From the NCBI RefSeq assembly GCF_009914755.1, contig NC_060931.1: a DNA stretch of 64,000 nt. One strand, written 5' to 3'. The DNA is from the human T2T-CHM13v2.0 reference genome, Homo sapiens. Within the stretch, counting starts at the first letter, position 1, and each line of letters begins with the position of its first letter. The notes below the pieces were generated by a model. The model was not told where the DNA came from and made no database searches. It saw only the letters and a list, made by a program, of their open reading frames with translations. Of this stretch, positions 61,600 through 64,000 are shown in pieces. The position numbers and the translations under genes were made by a program.

Positions 61600-62150
61600 A
61601 ATGTATGTAAATAGAAGTTGGTGTGCGTGTGTGTTTATAAACAGAATTGTCAGACCAAACATTATTTTGGAAGCAGTAAAAGTAAACTAGAATCTGGCCT
61701 AGTCATGTCCCAGGACACCTCTTTCAAGTCCTGAAACATCTTTGTAAGACTGTAATGTGTGTTTACATCCTAGGTAATCACTGTGGCCCACTGTTGAAGA
61801 GCTGTGGCTGTTCTTACCCTTCTAGCTTAGATAAACTTATAAGCACAACCAGACTACATATATGAAGCTGAAGAGACCTTGTCTTTTTTTAACGAGCTTT
61901 TCTTCCCGATAGGAGTGACTATTTCTTTTCTTCTTCCACATTTTCAGGTTTTAGTGTACTTGTGATTGCTACCCACTTATCACTATTAAAGTCTACTCAG
62001 GAGAGAATCTGAGAAACACTCTCAAATTAAGTTGAACATGATGGATAAGTAAAGTATTGTGAAAGTTCACTCTCATGATTTCTAATGGTGAAACCTGGCA
62101 GGGTGACTAATCTTTGACGAGAAGGTTATCACTTATAATCTTTCATATAT
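61600..62150. promoter_or_regulatory. Possible CFTR -3.4 kb hypersensitive region
   Basis: Non-repetitive; FOXA TGTTTAC (61760-61766), a GATA site, and AP-1-like TGACTAA near 62104. Mostly a positional inference. Confidence 0.3.
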
Positions 62151-64000
62151 TGAGATCATTTGTAAGAAGCACCCAGCACATTGCTGAACACAAAGTAGGT
62201 ATTAAATAAATGTTGGCTTCCTTTTCTCCTACTCATCCTCGCTCTTCTTTTTAATATACCTTTAAAATGATGCCACAGAAATGGCCACCCAATCTTCTAT
62301 ATTTAAGGTCAGTTCTTGCATTAGGAAATTCTATAGGGGAAGTATGTGAAGTATGTGTAGTCAGTCATTAAATGCTTGGGCTCTGGCCACAGATTGTTTA
62401 GGTTTAAATCCCAGTTTCCTCTTTTATTATTAATTGTGCAACTTGCTTGGGAAAACATGAAACTTGTTTTTCCTCAGGTTCATTATCTGTAATATATAGT
62501 GAATGAAGAAGTTTCCTGTCCCATGAAGGTGTTGTAAAGATTAAAAAAGGCAAATTAGGCTGTGTATTTGTCATAATAATTGGCATATATGGTAAGTGAC
62601 CAACAACCATAAGGTATTATAAAATTGTTATAAAATGATATGAGCTATCATTGAGCAGCATGAAAGAAGAGCTTCACTGTTTCACCTACTATCACCCTGG
62701 CCCATTAATCTCTTTCCTGTTCCTGACATTTCAGAGATACGTTTAGGATTTCAATCATGACCTTAAGCCACATTTGAACAATTTTCTGGTGGATAAGTCC
62801 TCATTCCCACATTATGTATGTACCTAGATGCAAATCCTGAATATCATGTCGCAATTAGTGCATCTGGACATGCTTGCTAACTGTGTTAAAGCTCTGAATA
62901 ATGGTAAAGTTTTATTTCTACCAAAACAAATTTGGGCTGTAATGTTTTATGATAAAAATCTGTGGTCTTCCTATGTACATGTGTGTGTACATGCTTAAAA
63001 TGCAATGTTATAGTTAAATGTAATTCATTAAAAGTATGTAACTCCAGTGGCTACTTAGTTTGGCTACTTGGTTTGTAGATTTCTGCTTTCCTGTTTCATT
63101 GTTAAACAGGTCTAGAAGTTATTATTTCATGAAACTAATGTGAGGAAAAAGACTATGTTGATATATAAGTGACATTATATAAATACATGAGGGATGATTT
63201 GATTAGAAGCAGTATTACACAGTGATAGGAGTAATGGTTTAGAACTAGACTCAGGTTTGAATCTTAGCTCTATCATTATAGGCATTTACTTAACTTTTCT
63301 TGTTTGCTTAACTGAAAACTGAAGATAATAACACCTATTTACATGGTTGTTATAAGGGTTATATGAATAATGTCTGGCAAATAGTAAGAACTCAAGTAAC
63401 TGTTTCACTCTTTCCAGAAGGAGATTGGCTGAAAAATATTTGGAGTCTCCTCCAGCCATATTCCTTGGTCAGCTTCTATGATCCTCTTTGGAGCTTAATT
63501 CTTAATCCCTTTATTTTCACTTGCTTGTTGATAACAAAGAAGAACTAATTATTAATTTATTTCAAAATGCATGTATTATATTTGATGGGCCACACTAACA
63601 GTTATAAACCAAACAACAGATTGGGAATGGGGAAGTGGATGTGGTGAGTTCAATCACATGTCTGGGAAAAGTCAATAGTGAAGACAGAGTCTCACAATTT
63701 TTTGTCATAATGGAGAGATGAAAACACAGGTAGAGGATTTCAAACAACAGAGTGGATGGTGAGTTAAAAATGCTGAAATTCTTTCCTGGTGTCTAACTTA
63801 ATGCAATGTGGTTTATCTCTTTGCTCTTTTCTCTACTATTCAAATTTAGGATAATAAAGATTAAATGTTTCTAAATCTTACTTTACAATATCAAGAAAAA
63901 AAGGTATGCTTTTGCCCACGGAAGGGCAAAGCAGAGCTATGAAAACCTGCTGAACACATTCTTTATTTTCAACACAGGTTCTTGTCTTTCCATCATGAAA

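Noticed and set aside
63400-64000. CFTR core promoter and exon 1
   Set aside because: No CpG island or CFTR coding sequence is present here; they are expected just beyond the window end.

Overview
This is AT-rich, repeat-dense primate genomic DNA, almost certainly human (it carries an AluYa5). I recognise it as the ASZ1-CFTR interval on 7q31.2. The only real protein-coding sequence is the 5' end of ASZ1/GASZ on the minus strand: exons 1-4, all GT-AG and in phase, under a CpG-island promoter with NRF1, E2F6 and GC-box motifs. From recognition of the locus, the rest is about 51 kb running to roughly 1.4 kb upstream of the CFTR start codon; CFTR coding sequence is not in the window. That stretch holds a processed ANKRD49 pseudogene, motif clusters at the positions expected for the known CFTR -44 kb, -35 kb and -20.9 kb (CTCF) elements, and many Alu, L1, L2/MIR, LTR and DNA-transposon fossils. 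Nearly all other ORFs in the track are Alu/L1 artefacts. I see no CRISPR array, RNA gene or new gene system. Most notable: (1) one L1 insertion that appears to combine a 5' inversion with a 3' transduction; (2) a chain of plus-strand, splice-competent non-coding exons pointing towards CFTR, one Alu-derived; (3) the putative -35 kb enhancer lying inside an LTR16-like ERVL LTR; (4) a multi-step template-switch scar in an old L1; (5) an 81-nt insert in the ANKRD49 retrocopy that may record an alternative splice isoform. Repeat subfamily calls come from memory of consensus sequences, and repeat boundaries are approximate.
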